64,000 bases of DNA from an uncultured delta proteobacterium (GTDB taxonomy: Bacteria; Myxococcota_A; UBA9160; SMWR01). Below the pieces are notes generated by a model. It saw only the letters and a program-made list of their open reading frames with translations, was not told where the DNA came from and made no database searches. This document shows positions 10,304 through 23,802 of the stretch, in pieces; position 1 is the stretch's first letter, and each line of letters begins with the position of its first letter. The stretch is taken from assembly GCA_963832165.1 (NCBI GenBank), contig CAWHTE010000003.1, positions 224,001-288,000 of the forward strand, in the 5' to 3' direction. Position numbers and translations under genes: made by a program.

Positions 10304-11647
10304 GTGCCCCCTCACTCGGAGCCACGCTTGCACGTCGTCGTCATCGGGGCGGGGCTCGCGGGCTGCGAGGCGGCCTGGCAGGCAGCTCGCCGCGGCCTGG
10401 ATGTCACGCTCGTGGACATGAAGCCCGCGGAGCGCTCGCCCGCGCATCGCGCCGACCTGTTCGCGGAGCTCGTGTGCAGCAACTCGCTGCGCTCGAATCG
10501 CCCGACCAGCGCCGTGGGCCTGCTCAAGGAGGAGATGCGACGGCTCGACTCGCTCGTGATCGCGGCGGCGGACGAGTCGGCGGTGCCTGCGGGCCAGGCG
10601 CTCGCGGTGGATCGCGATGCGTTCGCGCGGCGGATCACCGAGACGCTCGCGTCCCATCCGCGCATCACCGTGCGCCAGGCGCGCGTCGACCGCATTCCGG
10701 ACGAGCGCCCGGTCGTGCTCGCGACCGGACCGCTCACGGCGGGTGGTCTGGCGGCGGACCTCCAGCGCGTGCTCGGCGAGGAGTACCTCTACTTCTACGA
10801 TGCGCTGTCGCCGATCGTGTACGCCGACTCGATCGACATGGAGATCGCGTTCCGCGCGTCACGCTACGACGACGGGCCGGGCGACTACCTGAACCTGCCG
10901 CTCGACCGGGAGCGCTACGAGGCATTCGTGGCCGCGCTGCTCGCGGCCGACACCGTGCCGCTGCACGCGTTCGAGGCCGCGCTCTACTTCGAGGGCTGCC
11001 TGCCCGTCGAGGAGATGGCGCGCCGCGGACGCGACACGCTCGCATACGGCCCGATGAAGCCCGTGGGTCTGGTCGATCCGCGCACGGGGCGGCGCCCGCA
11101 TGCCGTGGTGCAGCTGCGCCAGGAGGACAAGCAGGGTGTGCTCTACAGCCTGGTCGGATTCCAGACCAAGCTGCGCGTGGGCGAGCAGCAGCGGATCTTC
11201 CGCACGCTGCCGGGCGCGGAGCAGGCAGTCTTCGCGCGCTTCGGCTCCGTCCACCGCAACACCTACCTGAACGCGCCTCGCCACATCGGTCCGACGCTCG
11301 AGCTGCGCGAGCGCCCGGGCGTCTACATCGCGGGTCAGATCGCGGGCGTCGAGGGGTATGTCGAGTCGGCCGCGCTCGGCCTGCTCGCGGGCATCCAGGT
11401 GGCGTTCGCGCAGCGTGGAGCCGCGGCGCCGTGCCCCGACCCCGCGACCGCGCACGGCGCACTGCTGCGCTTCCTCGCCGAGGCGGATCCGAGCCGCTTC
11501 CAGCCCATGAATGTGAACTTCGGCCTGTTCCCCGCGCTCGAGAGCGGCGTGCGCGTCCGGCGTGACCAGCGCCACGAGCGGCTCGCACAGCGCGCGCTCG
11601 AGGCGATCGCCGACTACGCCGCGCTGACGTCGCCCGGGGCGCCATGA
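10304..11647 (+). CDS. trmFO: Folate-dependent tRNA (m5U54) methyltransferase TrmFO
   Basis: [59 protein letters not shown]-terminal part of ORF 7736..11647, GTG start inferred. Confidence 0.94.
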   Translation: MPPHSEPRLHVVVIGAGLAGCEAAWQAARRGLDVTLVDMKPAERSPAHRADLFAELVCSNSLRSNRPTSAVGLLKEEMRRLDSLVIAAADESAVPAGQALAVDRDAFARRITETLASHPRITVRQARVDRIPDERPVVLATGPLTAGGLAADLQRVLGEEYLYFYDALSPIVYADSIDMEIAFRASRYDDGPGDYLNLPLDRERYEAFVAALLAADTVPLHAFEAALYFEGCLPVEEMARRGRDTLAYGPMKPVGLVDPRTGRRPHAVVQLRQEDKQGVLYSLVGFQTKLRVGEQQRIFRTLPGAEQAVFARFGSVHRNTYLNAPRHIGPTLELRERPGVYIAGQIAGVEGYVESAALGLLAGIQVAFAQRGAAAPCPDPATAHGALLRFLAEADPSRFQPMNVNFGLFPALESGVRVRRDQRHERLAQRALEAIADYAALTSPGAP

Positions 11648-12591
11648 GCGCAAAGAGCCGCAGCGCGGCGCTGCGCGAGCTCGAAGCCTACGCCGCCCAT
11701 CTGCGCGACGAGCGCAACCTGTCGGCCCACACCTGTCGCGCCTACCTCGCGGACATGCGCCAGTTCGCCGCTTTCCTCGATGGAGCCGCGCTGCCGAGCG
11801 CCGCGACGGGCGAGCACGTGCGCGACTTTCTCGCGTCGCTGCACGCCCATCGCCACCCCGCGACGTTGGGCCGCAAGCTCGCCTCGCTGCGCACCTTCTT
11901 CCGATTCGCGCTGCGCACGGGCCGGTGCGCCAAGGATCCCTCGGCGGGGATCCCCGCGCCGCGCACTCCCAAACGCCTGCCGCGGCCGCTCGCGGTCGAC
12001 GACTGCGTGGCGCTGATCGAGCGCGCTCCCGCACCCGCCCGAGGCGACACCAAAGGCGAGGAGCGCGAGCGGCGCGATCGCGCGCTGGTCGAGCTGCTCT
12101 ACGGCGCGGGGCTGCGCGTGTCCGAGCTTTCGCAGCTCGACGTGCGCGATCTCGACCTCGAGAGCGGCGACGTGCGCGTGCTGGGCAAGGGCGGCGTCGA
12201 GCGCGTGGTCCCGCTGCCGAGCGAGGCGCGCCGCGCGCTCGCGGCCTACCTCGACGCGCGCGCGGCGGGCCGCGCGGCCCGGCTGCCGCTGTTCACGGCG
12301 CTGCGCGCGCGCGGCGGCGCGTGGCAGCGGCTCGGCGTGCGCGACGTCCGGCGCGTGCTGCGCGGCCGCGCGCGCGCCGTGGGCATCTCCGATCGGGTGC
12401 ACCCGCACCGGCTGCGCCACAGCTATGCCACGCACCTGCTCGACATGGGAGCCGACCTGCGCGAGATCCAGGAGCTGCTCGGCCACGCGAGCCTCGCCAC
12501 CACCGAGAAGTACACCGCGGTGTCGATGGACCGGCTCGCCGAGGTGTACGATCGAGCCCACCCGCGCGCGAAGAGGAGTCCCCAGAGATGA
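11644..12591 (+). CDS. xerC: Tyrosine recombinase XerC
   Basis: Catalytic R (GLRVSEL), K (GKGG), HxLRH, LGH, Y (TEKY); position between trmFO and hslV. Confidence 0.9.
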   Translation: MSAKSRSAALRELEAYAAHLRDERNLSAHTCRAYLADMRQFAAFLDGAALPSAATGEHVRDFLASLHAHRHPATLGRKLASLRTFFRFALRTGRCAKDPSAGIPAPRTPKRLPRPLAVDDCVALIERAPAPARGDTKGEERERRDRALVELLYGAGLRVSELSQLDVRDLDLESGDVRVLGKGGVERVVPLPSEARRALAAYLDARAAGRAARLPLFTALRARGGAWQRLGVRDVRRVLRGRARAVGISDRVHPHRLRHSYATHLLDMGADLREIQELLGHASLATTEKYTAVSMDRLAEVYDRAHPRAKRSPQR

Positions 12592-13105
12592 CGACCGTGA
12601 TCGCCGTCGCTCGCGAAGGCCGTGTCGCACTCGCGTCGGACGGCCAGGTCACGCTCGGGAACGCGGTCGTCAAGGCCGGCGCGCAGAAGGTGCGTGCCTC
12701 TGCGAACGGCAAGGCGCTGATCGGGTTCGCGGGCGGAGCGGCCGACGCGCTCGCGCTCTCCGAGCGACTCGATGCGAAGCTCGACGCGCATCCAGGCAAC
12801 GTGCGGCGCGCCGTGGTCGAGCTCGCCAAGGAATGGCGCACCGATCGCGTACTGCGGCGGCTCGAGGCGATGATCGTGGTCGGAAGTCCGGACGGCGTGC
12901 TCGTGGTGTCCGGCAACGGCGACATCATCGAGCCCGACGACGGCATCGCCGCGATCGGCTCGGGAGGATCGTACGCGCTCGCGGCCGCGCGCGCGCTGCT
13001 CCAGAACACCCCGCTCGACGCGGCCGAGATCGCGGAGCGCGCGCTGAAGATCGCGGCCGAGATCTGCATCTACACCAACGACCGTGTTACCGTGAAACAG
13101 CTCCC

Positions 13106-13109
<4 letters not shown>
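12588..13109 (+). CDS. hslV: ATP-dependent protease subunit HslV
   Basis: N-terminal MTTVIAV, DGQVTLG, GFAG, AIGSGG, EICIYTN. Confidence 0.96.
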
Positions 13110-14482
<1,373 letters not shown>

Positions 14483-14487
14483 TCGAA

Positions 14488-14522
14488 GCAAGTTTCGCGC
14501 AGCGAGCCGAAGGCGAGCGAAG
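14488..14522 (+). repeat. Dispersed mini-hairpin repeat copy (intergenic)
   Basis: GCAAGTTTCGCGCAGCGAGCCGAAGGCGAGCGAAG, identical to 46384-46418. Confidence 0.88.
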
Positions 14523-14543
14523 TCCATAAGAAGTGAGGTAACC

Positions 14544-15872
14544 GTGGCACCGGCGCAACGCGTCCTGGTGGTCGACGACGAGCAGTACTACCGCGACACG
14601 ATTCGCGACGCGCTCGCTATGGACGGGATCGCCTGCGACGTGGCGGGCGGGCCGGCCGAGCTGCTCAAGGCGATCGAGGACCCGCGCGTCGCGTGCGTGG
14701 TGCTCGACGTGAAGCTCGTGGCGCCCGACGCGGTCGGGCTGATCGAGACGCTGCTCGAGCAGCGCCCCGCGCTGCGCGTGATTGCGCTCGCGACCCAGGA
14801 CGATCAGGAGATCGTGGTCGCGGCGCTGCAGAGCGGTGCGTGCGACTACCTCGCGAAGCCGATCCACGACGAGGAGCTCGGTCTCGCGGTGAGCCGTGCG
14901 CTGCGCGGCCACGCGATCGAGTCGCACTTCGACTCGCTGTGCGAGCGCCTGTGGAGACTCTCCGAGCACAGCGACGCGCTCGACCGCGCTGCGCGCACGG
15001 GGACGGACCGCGACGCGTTCGCCGCGCGTGCGGTCGCCGCGGCGATCGAGGTGCTCGACGCCACGCGCGCCTCGCTGCTCTGGACCTCGGGCGACGGCGC
15101 GCCGACCGTGCTGGCGGCCGAGGGCGCGCCGATCGCACGCGAGGACGAGGCCGAGATGAGCGCAGCGCTCGAGCTCGGCGCCGACGCGCGCGGGGTGCTG
15201 TGTGTGAGCGAGTGCCGCGGCGGCGGCGCGTTCGGCGCCGAAGACCAGGCGCTGCTGCGCGCGCTCGCGCGCGTCGCCGAGCGCTGGCTCACGCCGCGCG
15301 ATGCGGCTCCGGCCACCGGCGAGGCGGGGGAGGGCGAGGCCGAGCTCTTGCGCGCGGTGGCCGAGGGGATGACGCGCGAGACCGTGCCCGAGCGCCTGCT
15401 CGCGGCGTCGCTGCGCCCGATCGCGCGCGCGACCTCGGCCCGCGTCGCATCGCTGTACCTGATCGACAACGCGACCGGCCGCCTCGTGCGCGAGGCGCAG
15501 TGCGAGGGCACCGATGTCGACCGCGCCGCGCTGCCGCGCGACGTGGGGCTCACGGGCGGCAGCCTGCAATCGGGCGCGATCGTGGCCACCGATCGCCCCG
15601 ACCGCGATGCGCGCTTCGACGCCGAGGTCGACACGCCCGAGAGCGGGAGGCCCGGCCCGCTGCTCGTGATTCCGCTGCGCGTGCGCGACCGCGTGCTCGG
15701 CGTGGCGCGCGTGTTCCCGGGTGATCAGGTCGGCGCGTCGGCCCGGCTCGCGGAGCTGATCGCGGCCCCGCTCTCCGCAGCAACGCGCAATGTCCTCTTG
15801 TACCGTAGCCTGCTCGAATCGGTCGATGACGTCGCGCGCGCGCGGCGCGAGTCGGAGAACAGGCGCGGATGA
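14544..15872 (+). CDS. Response regulator receiver plus GAF-like domains, no recognisable output domain
   Basis: VLVVDDE, VVLDV, DYLAKP receiver; ASLYLID...LLVIPLRVRDRVLGV GAF-like C-terminus. Confidence 0.75.
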   Translation: MAPAQRVLVVDDEQYYRDTIRDALAMDGIACDVAGGPAELLKAIEDPRVACVVLDVKLVAPDAVGLIETLLEQRPALRVIALATQDDQEIVVAALQSGACDYLAKPIHDEELGLAVSRALRGHAIESHFDSLCERLWRLSEHSDALDRAARTGTDRDAFAARAVAAAIEVLDATRASLLWTSGDGAPTVLAAEGAPIAREDEAEMSAALELGADARGVLCVSECRGGGAFGAEDQALLRALARVAERWLTPRDAAPATGEAGEGEAELLRAVAEGMTRETVPERLLAASLRPIARATSARVASLYLIDNATGRLVREAQCEGTDVDRAALPRDVGLTGGSLQSGAIVATDRPDRDARFDAEVDTPESGRPGPLLVIPLRVRDRVLGVARVFPGDQVGASARLAELIAAPLSAATRNVLLYRSLLESVDDVARARRESENRRG

Positions 15873-16720
15873 AGGATCTGATCGACAAGGCCGAAGTGCT
15901 CGTCGAGGCGATGCCCTACATCCGGCGCTTCGCGAACTCGACGATCGTGCTGAAGTACGGCGGCAGCGCGATGACCGATCCCGCTCTGCGCGCGTCGTTT
16001 GCGCGTGACGTCGTGCTGCTCAAGTACATCGGCCTGCGGCCCGTGATCGTGCACGGCGGCGGCCCCCAGATCGGCCGCACGCTCGAGAGGCTGGGCGTCC
16101 AGTCCACCTTCGTCGACGGCCTGCGCGTCACCGACGATCAGACGATGGACGTGGTCGAGATGGTGCTCGGCGGCACCGTGAACCGCGAGATCGTGGCGCT
16201 GGTCCAGCAGGCCGGCGGCCGCGCGATCGGGCTCACCGGCAACGACGGCGACATGATCCGGGTGACGCGCCGGACTTCTCCGGACCGCGACCTCGGCCGC
16301 GTCGGTCAGGTGCGCGGCGTCGATCCCTCTCCGATCACGGCGGTGACCGAAGCCGGGTACGTGCCCGTGATCGCGCCGATCGGCGTCGACGACGACGGCG
16401 TCACGCACAACGTGAATGCCGACGAGGCGGCCGGCGCGGTCGCCGAGGCATTGAATGCCGAGAAGCTGATCCTGTTGACCGACGTGGAGGGAGTGCTCGA
16501 CCAGAGCGGCGCGCTGATCGCGCAGCTCACGATCTCCGACGCGCGCAAGCTGATCGCCGAGGGCACGATCCGCGGCGGGATGATCCCGAAGATCGAGTGC
16601 TGCATCAGCGCGCTCGAGAGGGGCGTCGGACGCACGCACATCGTCGACGGCCGGATCCAGCACGCGATCCTGCTCGAGATCTTCACCGACACGGGCGTCG
16701 GTACGCTGTTGGGGCGTTAG
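15869..16720 (+). CDS. argB: Acetylglutamate kinase
   Basis: VLKYGGSAM, VHGGGPQI, GLRVTD, NVNADE, GGMIPK. Confidence 0.96.
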   Translation: MKDLIDKAEVLVEAMPYIRRFANSTIVLKYGGSAMTDPALRASFARDVVLLKYIGLRPVIVHGGGPQIGRTLERLGVQSTFVDGLRVTDDQTMDVVEMVLGGTVNREIVALVQQAGGRAIGLTGNDGDMIRVTRRTSPDRDLGRVGQVRGVDPSPITAVTEAGYVPVIAPIGVDDDGVTHNVNADEAAGAVAEALNAEKLILLTDVEGVLDQSGALIAQLTISDARKLIAEGTIRGGMIPKIECCISALERGVGRTHIVDGRIQHAILLEIFTDTGVGTLLGR

Positions 16721-17647
16721 GTGCCCAAGGACTTCATCAGCCTCGCAGACTGGAGCGCCGACGAGCTGCGCGCGATGCTCGCGCGCGCGGCCGAGCTCAA
16801 GGCGCTGAACCAGCGCGGGCAGCGCCCGCAGACGCTGGAGGGCCGCTCGCTCGCGATGTTCTTCGAGAAGCCGTCGCTGCGCACGCACGTGACGTTCGAG
16901 GCGGGAATGACCCAGCTCGGCGGCCACGCGATCTGGCTGCGGCCCGAGCAGGTGGGGATCGGCACGCGCGAGAGCGCGGCCGATGTGGCGAACAACCTGT
17001 CGCGCTGGGTCGACGCGCTGGTCGCTCGCACCTACTCCCATCATCTGGTCGAGGAGCTCGGCGCGGTGGCGTCGATTCCCGTGATCAACGGCCTGACCGA
17101 TCTGCTTCACCCGTGTCAGGTAATGGCAGACCTGCAGACGGTCGCGGAGCGGCGCCCGCTCGAGCGGTCTGCGATCGCCTACGTGGGCGACGGCAACAAC
17201 ATGGCCAACTCGCTGCTGCAGGGTGCGGCGGTGCTCGGGCTCGAGCTGCGGCTCGCGACGCCGGAGTCGCACAAGCCCGCGCGGACCGTGCGCAAGCGCG
17301 CCGAGGAGCTCGCGGCGGCGAGCGGCGCGCGGATCACGTGGAGCGAGGATCCCGTGGCGGCCGTGCGCGGCGCCGACTTCGTCTACACCGACGTCTGGAC
17401 GAGCATGGGCCAGGAGGCCGAGCACCAGATTCGCCTCGCGCTCTTCCAGCCGTATCAGATCAACGCGGAGCTCATGCGCCACGCGCCCGAGGCATGGGTG
17501 ATGCACTGCCTGCCCGCCCACCGCGGCGAAGAGATCACCGACGAGGTGCTCGACGGCGAGCGCAGCATCGTGTTCGACCAGGCCGAGAACCGGCTGCACG
17601 CGCAGAAGGCGATCCTCGAGCGCCTGCTGCTGCCGCGGCGAAGCTGA
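16721..17647 (+). CDS. argF: Ornithine carbamoyltransferase
   Basis: FEKPSLRT, HPCQ, DVWTSMG, HCLPAHRG, QAENRLH. Confidence 0.94.
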   Translation: MPKDFISLADWSADELRAMLARAAELKALNQRGQRPQTLEGRSLAMFFEKPSLRTHVTFEAGMTQLGGHAIWLRPEQVGIGTRESAADVANNLSRWVDALVARTYSHHLVEELGAVASIPVINGLTDLLHPCQVMADLQTVAERRPLERSAIAYVGDGNNMANSLLQGAAVLGLELRLATPESHKPARTVRKRAEELAAASGARITWSEDPVAAVRGADFVYTDVWTSMGQEAEHQIRLALFQPYQINAELMRHAPEAWVMHCLPAHRGEEITDEVLDGERSIVFDQAENRLHAQKAILERLLLPRRS

Positions 17648-17775
17648 TCGCAGGATCAGGAATTCCCTGGGAAGGCGGGCCCCCGGGCGGCGCAGGTGCG
17701 CGCTCAGGCTTCGGCCTTTACACACCGAAGAAGACCCCGGTGCGGGCTCGATCCCGATCCGGGGCCGGGGGGTGC

Positions 17776-19044
17776 ATGCATTCCAGTGCGGGCGGAACCG
17801 ACGCAGTGCGGCGCTGCCCGCGCCTGGCTCCGGACTGGGAGGAACAGGCCAGCGCACTGAGTCCCGCGGAGGGTTTCTTGCTGTCGCGAATCGACGGGCA
17901 CACGCCGTGGGCCGTGCTGCGCGAGATCGGGGGGCTCCCGCCCGCCCAGGTCGACGCGGCGCTCGCGCGCTGGGTCGAATCCGGGCTCGTGCTGTTCGAG
18001 CCCGAGAAGCCGGCCCCGGCGCCCGCGCTGGACGCGACCGAGGCCGACGCGATCGATCCCTCGCTCGAGATCGAGGTCGCCCTGCAGCGCGAGATCCTCG
18101 CGTTCGAGGCGCGGCTCGCGCACGCGACCCACCACGAGATCCTCGGCGTCGCGCCCGGCGGCGATCCGCGCGAGATCAAGCGCTCCTACTTCCGGCTCTC
18201 CAAGCGCTTCCACCCCGATCGCTACTTCCGGCGCCGGATCGGCGACTACGCCACGCGCCTCGATCGGATCTTCCGTTACGTGGCGCTCGCGTACGAGCTC
18301 TTGTCGGATCCCGCGAGCCGCGCGGAGATCGAGAGCGCGATGGAGGCAGCGCCCGCCGCGGCCGCGGCGGTCGCGCCCGAAGCCGCGCCCGCGCCCGAAT
18401 CCGTGTCTGCGCCCGAAGCCGCGCCCGCGCCCGAATCCGTGTCTGCGCCGGCCGGCTATCGCACGCCGTCGCGCATGGAGAACCTCGAACGGCTGCGCAA
18501 GAGCTTCAAGCTGCCCCCGAGCGTGCTGGCCGAGCGGCGCATCCGGGCGCGCCAGTTCCACGACTCCGCTCGCGCGGCCGCGCACGAGAAGCGCTGGCTC
18601 GAGGCCGCCGCGGGCGCGCGGCTCGCGATCGCGTTCGACCCGATGACGCCCGAGTACCGGCAGCACTTCGCGTCGATCCAGGCCGATGTCCACGCGGTGC
18701 GCGCCACGGAGCTGCTCGAGCAGGCCGACGGTGCGGGCGCGAAGGCCGACGCGTTCCGGCTGCTCGAGGAGGCGGTCCACTACCGGCCCGCCGATGCGGC
18801 GCTCCAGGCGCGCGCGGCGGTGCTCGCGCTCGAGACCGGCGACCTCGAGCGCGCGCGCGAGTTCGCCGAGGGCGCGCGCGAGCTCGAGCCCGCGGTGGCG
18901 GGTCACGCAGTGACACTCTCGCGTGTCTATCGTCGGCTCGGGGACACGAGCGCAGCGCGCGCGGCGCTCGAGGCGGCCGCCGCGATTGCCCCGGCAGATC
19001 CGGACGTACTCGCGGAGCAGAAGCTCTTGCGCGGTGCGCGGTGA
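17776..19044 (+). CDS. J-domain protein with C-terminal TPR-like repeats
   Basis: HHEILGV..EIKRSYFRLSKRFHPD J-domain; helical repeats at C-terminus; directly upstream of a DnaK paralog. Confidence 0.82.
   Translation: MHSSAGGTDAVRRCPRLAPDWEEQASALSPAEGFLLSRIDGHTPWAVLREIGGLPPAQVDAALARWVESGLVLFEPEKPAPAPALDATEADAIDPSLEIEVALQREILAFEARLAHATHHEILGVAPGGDPREIKRSYFRLSKRFHPDRYFRRRIGDYATRLDRIFRYVALAYELLSDPASRAEIESAMEAAPAAAAAVAPEAAPAPESVSAPEAAPAPESVSAPAGYRTPSRMENLERLRKSFKLPPSVLAERRIRARQFHDSARAAAHEKRWLEAAAGARLAIAFDPMTPEYRQHFASIQADVHAVRATELLEQADGAGAKADAFRLLEEAVHYRPADAALQARAAVLALETGDLERAREFAEGARELEPAVAGHAVTLSRVYRRLGDTSAARAALEAAAAIAPADPDVLAEQKLLRGAR
18373..18449 (+). repeat. Perfect 36-bp in-frame tandem duplication (APEAAPAPESVS x2)
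   Basis: GCGCCCGAAGCCGCGCCCGCGCCCGAATCCGTGTCT at 18373 and 18409. Confidence 0.9.
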
Positions 19045-19063
19045 GGCGGAGCGGAGGATCTCG

Positions 19064-20635
19064 ATGGGGCGTGTGATTGGCATCGATCTGGGGACCACGA
19101 ACTCGTGCGTGGCCGTGATGGAGGACGACCAGCCGATCGTGATCCCGAACATGGGCGGCTACAAGACCAGCCCCTCGATGTTCGCAATCTCTCCGGACGG
19201 CAAGCGCCTCGTGGGACATCTCGCGAAGCGCCAGGCGATCACCAATGCGCGCAGCACCATCTACGCGTCGAAGCGCATGATCGGGCGCCGCTTCGATTCG
19301 CCGGAGCTGCAGAAGGCGGTCGAGATCAGCCCGTACGAGATCGTCGAGGGCCCGAACGGAGACGCGCGGATCCTGATCGGAGAGCGAGCGTTCAGCTGCT
19401 CGGAGATCAGCGGCATCATCCTGCGCGAGATGAAGCGGATCGCCGAGGAGTATCTCGGCGAGCCCGTGTCCGAGGCCGTGGTCACGGTTCCGGCGTACTT
19501 CAACGACACGCAGCGCCAGTGCACCAAGGACGCCGGCAAGATCGCCGGCCTCGAGGTGCTGCGGATCATCAACGAGCCCACTGCCGCGGCGCTCGCCTAC
19601 GGCCTCGGAGCTGCCGCCGAGCAGAAGATCGCCGTCTACGACCTGGGCGGAGGCACCTTCGACATCTCGATCCTCGAGCTCGCCGACGGCGTCGTCGAGG
19701 TGCTCGCGACCGCTGGCAACACCCTGCTCGGAGGCGAGGACTTCGACCGGCGCATCGTGGAACACGTGCTCTCCGAGTACGAGAAGCAGGAGGGGCTCGA
19801 CCTGCGCGGCGACCTGATGGCGCTCCAGCGGCTCAAGGACGCCTCGGAGAAGGCGAAGTGCGATCTCTCCTCGCTCTCGGTCGCCGAGATCAACCTGCCG
19901 TTCATCGCCAACGGCGCAGGCGGGGCGCGCCATCTCAACATCGAGATCACGCGCGAGACGTTCGACGAGCTGATCGGCGACATCGTCGATCAGACGATGC
20001 GCAGCGTCGCCGCGTGCGTCGAGGATGCCGGCGTCGCTCCCACCGACATCGACCATGTCGTGCTCGTGGGCGGGCAGACGCGGACGCCGCTGGTCCAGAA
20101 GGCGGTGACGCGGTTCTTCGGCAAGCCGCCGCATCGCGGCGTAAACCCCGACGAGGTGGTCGCGCTCGGCGCGGCGGTGCAGGGCAGCATGTTGGGCTCG
20201 CAAGAGCGCATGATGCTGCTGCTCGACGTGACGCCGCTCGCGCTCGGAATCGCCACCTTCGACGGCCGCTTCGCGTCGCTGATCGAGCGCAACACGACGG
20301 TGCCCGTGCGCAAGGCGCACACCTTCACGACCTCGCGCGACGACCAGCGCGCGGTGAAGATCCGCGTGCTCCAGGGCCAGAGCGAGCGCGCCGACCAGAA
20401 CCACCTGCTCGGCGAGTTCGTGCTCGGCGACATCGCGCCCGCGCCCAAGGGCGTGCCGGAGATCGAGGTCTGCTTCGACATCGATTCGAACGGCATCGTG
20501 AACGTGTCGGCGCGCGACCGCGCCACGGCACGCGAGCAGTCGATCACCGTCAACGCGAGCGGGACGCTCTCCGAGGACGAGATCCAGGAGATCATCGCGA
20601 CCCACGAGGGCGTGGAGCCGGCCGCCGATGAGTGA
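19064..20635 (+). CDS. dnaK: DnaK/Hsp70-family chaperone lacking the C-terminal helical lid
   Basis: [41 protein letters not shown]; ends shortly after LSEDEI (523 aa). Confidence 0.9.
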   Translation: MGRVIGIDLGTTNSCVAVMEDDQPIVIPNMGGYKTSPSMFAISPDGKRLVGHLAKRQAITNARSTIYASKRMIGRRFDSPELQKAVEISPYEIVEGPNGDARILIGERAFSCSEISGIILREMKRIAEEYLGEPVSEAVVTVPAYFNDTQRQCTKDAGKIAGLEVLRIINEPTAAALAYGLGAAAEQKIAVYDLGGGTFDISILELADGVVEVLATAGNTLLGGEDFDRRIVEHVLSEYEKQEGLDLRGDLMALQRLKDASEKAKCDLSSLSVAEINLPFIANGAGGARHLNIEITRETFDELIGDIVDQTMRSVAACVEDAGVAPTDIDHVVLVGGQTRTPLVQKAVTRFFGKPPHRGVNPDEVVALGAAVQGSMLGSQERMMLLLDVTPLALGIATFDGRFASLIERNTTVPVRKAHTFTTSRDDQRAVKIRVLQGQSERADQNHLLGEFVLGDIAPAPKGVPEIEVCFDIDSNGIVNVSARDRATAREQSITVNASGTLSEDEIQEIIATHEGVEPAADE

Positions 20636-21163
20636 TCGCTCCCGGTCGCTGGTGGACTTCGTCCAGGCGCCCGTGTTGGTCGGAGATCCCGATGGCCGCG
20701 TCGTCTACGTGAACCCGGCCTTCGAGATCGACTTTCTGGTCCCGTTCGAAGAGATCTCGGGTCAGCCCGTGGCGACCCTGTTCGAGGGCGGCGGCCGAGA
20801 AGCCGTGCTGCGCGCGGTGTCGCGAGTGTGCGGCCCGCAGAGCGTGTGCGACGTGGAGCGCTTCGCGCTGCGCGTGAAGGATCGTGGCTACCGCGCGGTC
20901 GCGTCGTCGGTGAAGGCAGACGGCGGGCGCGTCGGGGTGATCCTGCTCTTGTTTCCGGACCTCGTGGGCGAGCTGCGAGTCTTCAACTTCGAACGCACGG
21001 TCCAGGAGCCGATCGACGAGCTCACGGCTTGTCTCGCGCGCCTCGCCGAGCATGCCTCGGGTCCCGACGCGCAGGCGCAACGGATTGCGATTGCCGACGC
21101 GGTGCGAAGCGTGGAGCGGATCCGCAAGGTTGCGGAATCCGTCACCGCGAGCTTGAAGGGCCG

Positions 21164-21167
<4 letters not shown>
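20628..21167 (+). CDS. Small PAS-domain protein
   Basis: [22 protein letters not shown] signature; overlaps dnaK stop. Confidence 0.7.
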
Positions 21168-22363
<1,196 letters not shown>

Positions 22364-22394
22364 GGACTCCTCCGAAGCGCCGACGGTAGCAGGC

Positions 22395-23777
22395 CTAATC
22401 TTTGGTCGTCAGGAAGCGCAGCAGCCAGGGCAGGCACAGCTTCATCATGTCGACGTCGGGATCGAGCTCGCGGCCGAGCGAGAAGACGTAGGAGAGCGTC
22501 TTCGCGTAGAGCAGGAGATCGACCGGGAGTCGCAGGCCGCGCGTCTCGCGCAAGAGCGCCACCGCCTCGTCCTTGAGCGAGAGCACCTGCGCGCCGCCCG
22601 CCGCGAGTCCGCCCGAGCTCTGGATGCGCTCGAACATCGACGACACCGCACCCGCGACGTCCTCGCGGTGGCCCGGCACGATCGCGCCGATCCGCTCCAT
22701 GCCGTCGAGGAACGCGGGCAGATCGCGCTGGAGCAGCGCGTAGATGCCGAGCTGCAGCTCACGGCGCAACGCGGGGTCGAGACGCCGCGACAGCCCGAAG
22801 TCGACGAAGAGCAGGCGCGGCTCGGACGCGGCCCCGGGCTCGTCGACGACGAACAGATTTCCAGGATGGGGATCGGCGTGGAACAAGCCGTCGGAGAACA
22901 CCTGTGCGCAGTAGGCACGCGCGAGGATCTCGAGCACGGCGCGTGGTGCGACGCCGAGCCGCGCGAGACCGGCGCGGTCATCGATGCTCACCGCCGGGTG
23001 GTGGTGGACCGTGAGCACGCGGCGCGTGGAGTGACTCGCGACCACCTCCGGCACGAGAACAGACGCGTCGCCCGCGAGGTTCGCGGCGATCTCCGCGGCC
23101 ACGCGCGCCTCGCGCTCGAAGTCGAGCTCCTCGCGGAGCCCGTTGCCGAACTCCTGGAACAACGCGTCGGCGTTTCCGCTGCCGCGGCGCGCACTGCCCC
23201 AGCCGAGCAGCCAGCGCGTGATCCGCAGATCGGTCTCGAGCGACGCCTCGAGCCACGGATACTGCACCTTCACGACCACGGCCTCGCCGCCCGGCAGGCG
23301 CGCGCGGTGCGCCTGCGCGATCGATGCGGCGCCGAGCGGCTGCGCGTCGAACTCTGCGAACGCGATCTCGAGGGAGGTGCCGAGCTCGCTCTCCACCACG
23401 GCGCGGATCCGCTCGAACGGCAGCGCGGGTACGCGGTCGCGCAGCGACGCGAGCGCGGACCGGACGTCCTCGGACAGCACGTCGTAGCGCAGCGCGCCAA
23501 ACTGGCCGAGCTTCGCGAACGGGCCCTTCAGCCGTCCGAGCGCGCCGACCACGCGGTGCACCGCGTGCCGCTCGGCTGCGCGCGCGAAGCGCGCCGCGCG
23601 CGCACCGGGGAGCCGCCGCGCCGCGCGGCCGATCGCGAGCTCGAGGCCCGCGATCGCCGCCGCGCTCGCGAGCACGAGCACCTGCGGCGCGCCGCTCGGG
23701 CGCAACCGCTCGACACCGCGCAGCAGCCGCGCCGGATGCTGCGCCGGCGCGAGCACCGGAGCTCGAGTGACGGTCAC
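22395..23777 (-). CDS. ABC1/AarF/UbiB-family atypical kinase
   Basis: [32 protein letters not shown]. Confidence 0.92.
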   Translation of the reverse strand: MTVTRAPVLAPAQHPARLLRGVERLRPSGAPQVLVLASAAAIAGLELAIGRAARRLPGARAARFARAAERHAVHRVVGALGRLKGPFAKLGQFGALRYDVLSEDVRSALASLRDRVPALPFERIRAVVESELGTSLEIAFAEFDAQPLGAASIAQAHRARLPGGEAVVVKVQYPWLEASLETDLRITRWLLGWGSARRGSGNADALFQEFGNGLREELDFEREARVAAEIAANLAGDASVLVPEVVASHSTRRVLTVHHHPAVSIDDRAGLARLGVAPRAVLEILARAYCAQVFSDGLFHADPHPGNLFVVDEPGAASEPRLLFVDFGLSRRLDPALRRELQLGIYALLQRDLPAFLDGMERIGAIVPGHREDVAGAVSSMFERIQSSGGLAAGGAQVLSLKDEAVALLRETRGLRLPVDLLLYAKTLSYVFSLGRELDPDVDMMKLCLPWLLRFLTTKD

Positions 23778-23802
23778 ACGGTCAGGGTATCGGGTCCTCG
23801 AC

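Noticed and set aside
7736..11647. 1303-aa ORF as a giant fusion protein
   Set aside because: Chance read-through of the LysM N-terminus, a shadow frame over LysM/dprA, and trmFO. The same applies to 2445..4967, 27236..29371, 32552..35557 and 46351..49569.
11644..12591. Tyrosine recombinase as a phage or island integrase
   Set aside because: Size and trmFO-xerC-hslVU context indicate housekeeping XerC.
18373..18449. 36-bp tandem repeat (and APADPAA repeats near 7883-7930) as functional DNA arrays
   Set aside because: In-frame duplications in Pro/Ala-rich protein linkers.
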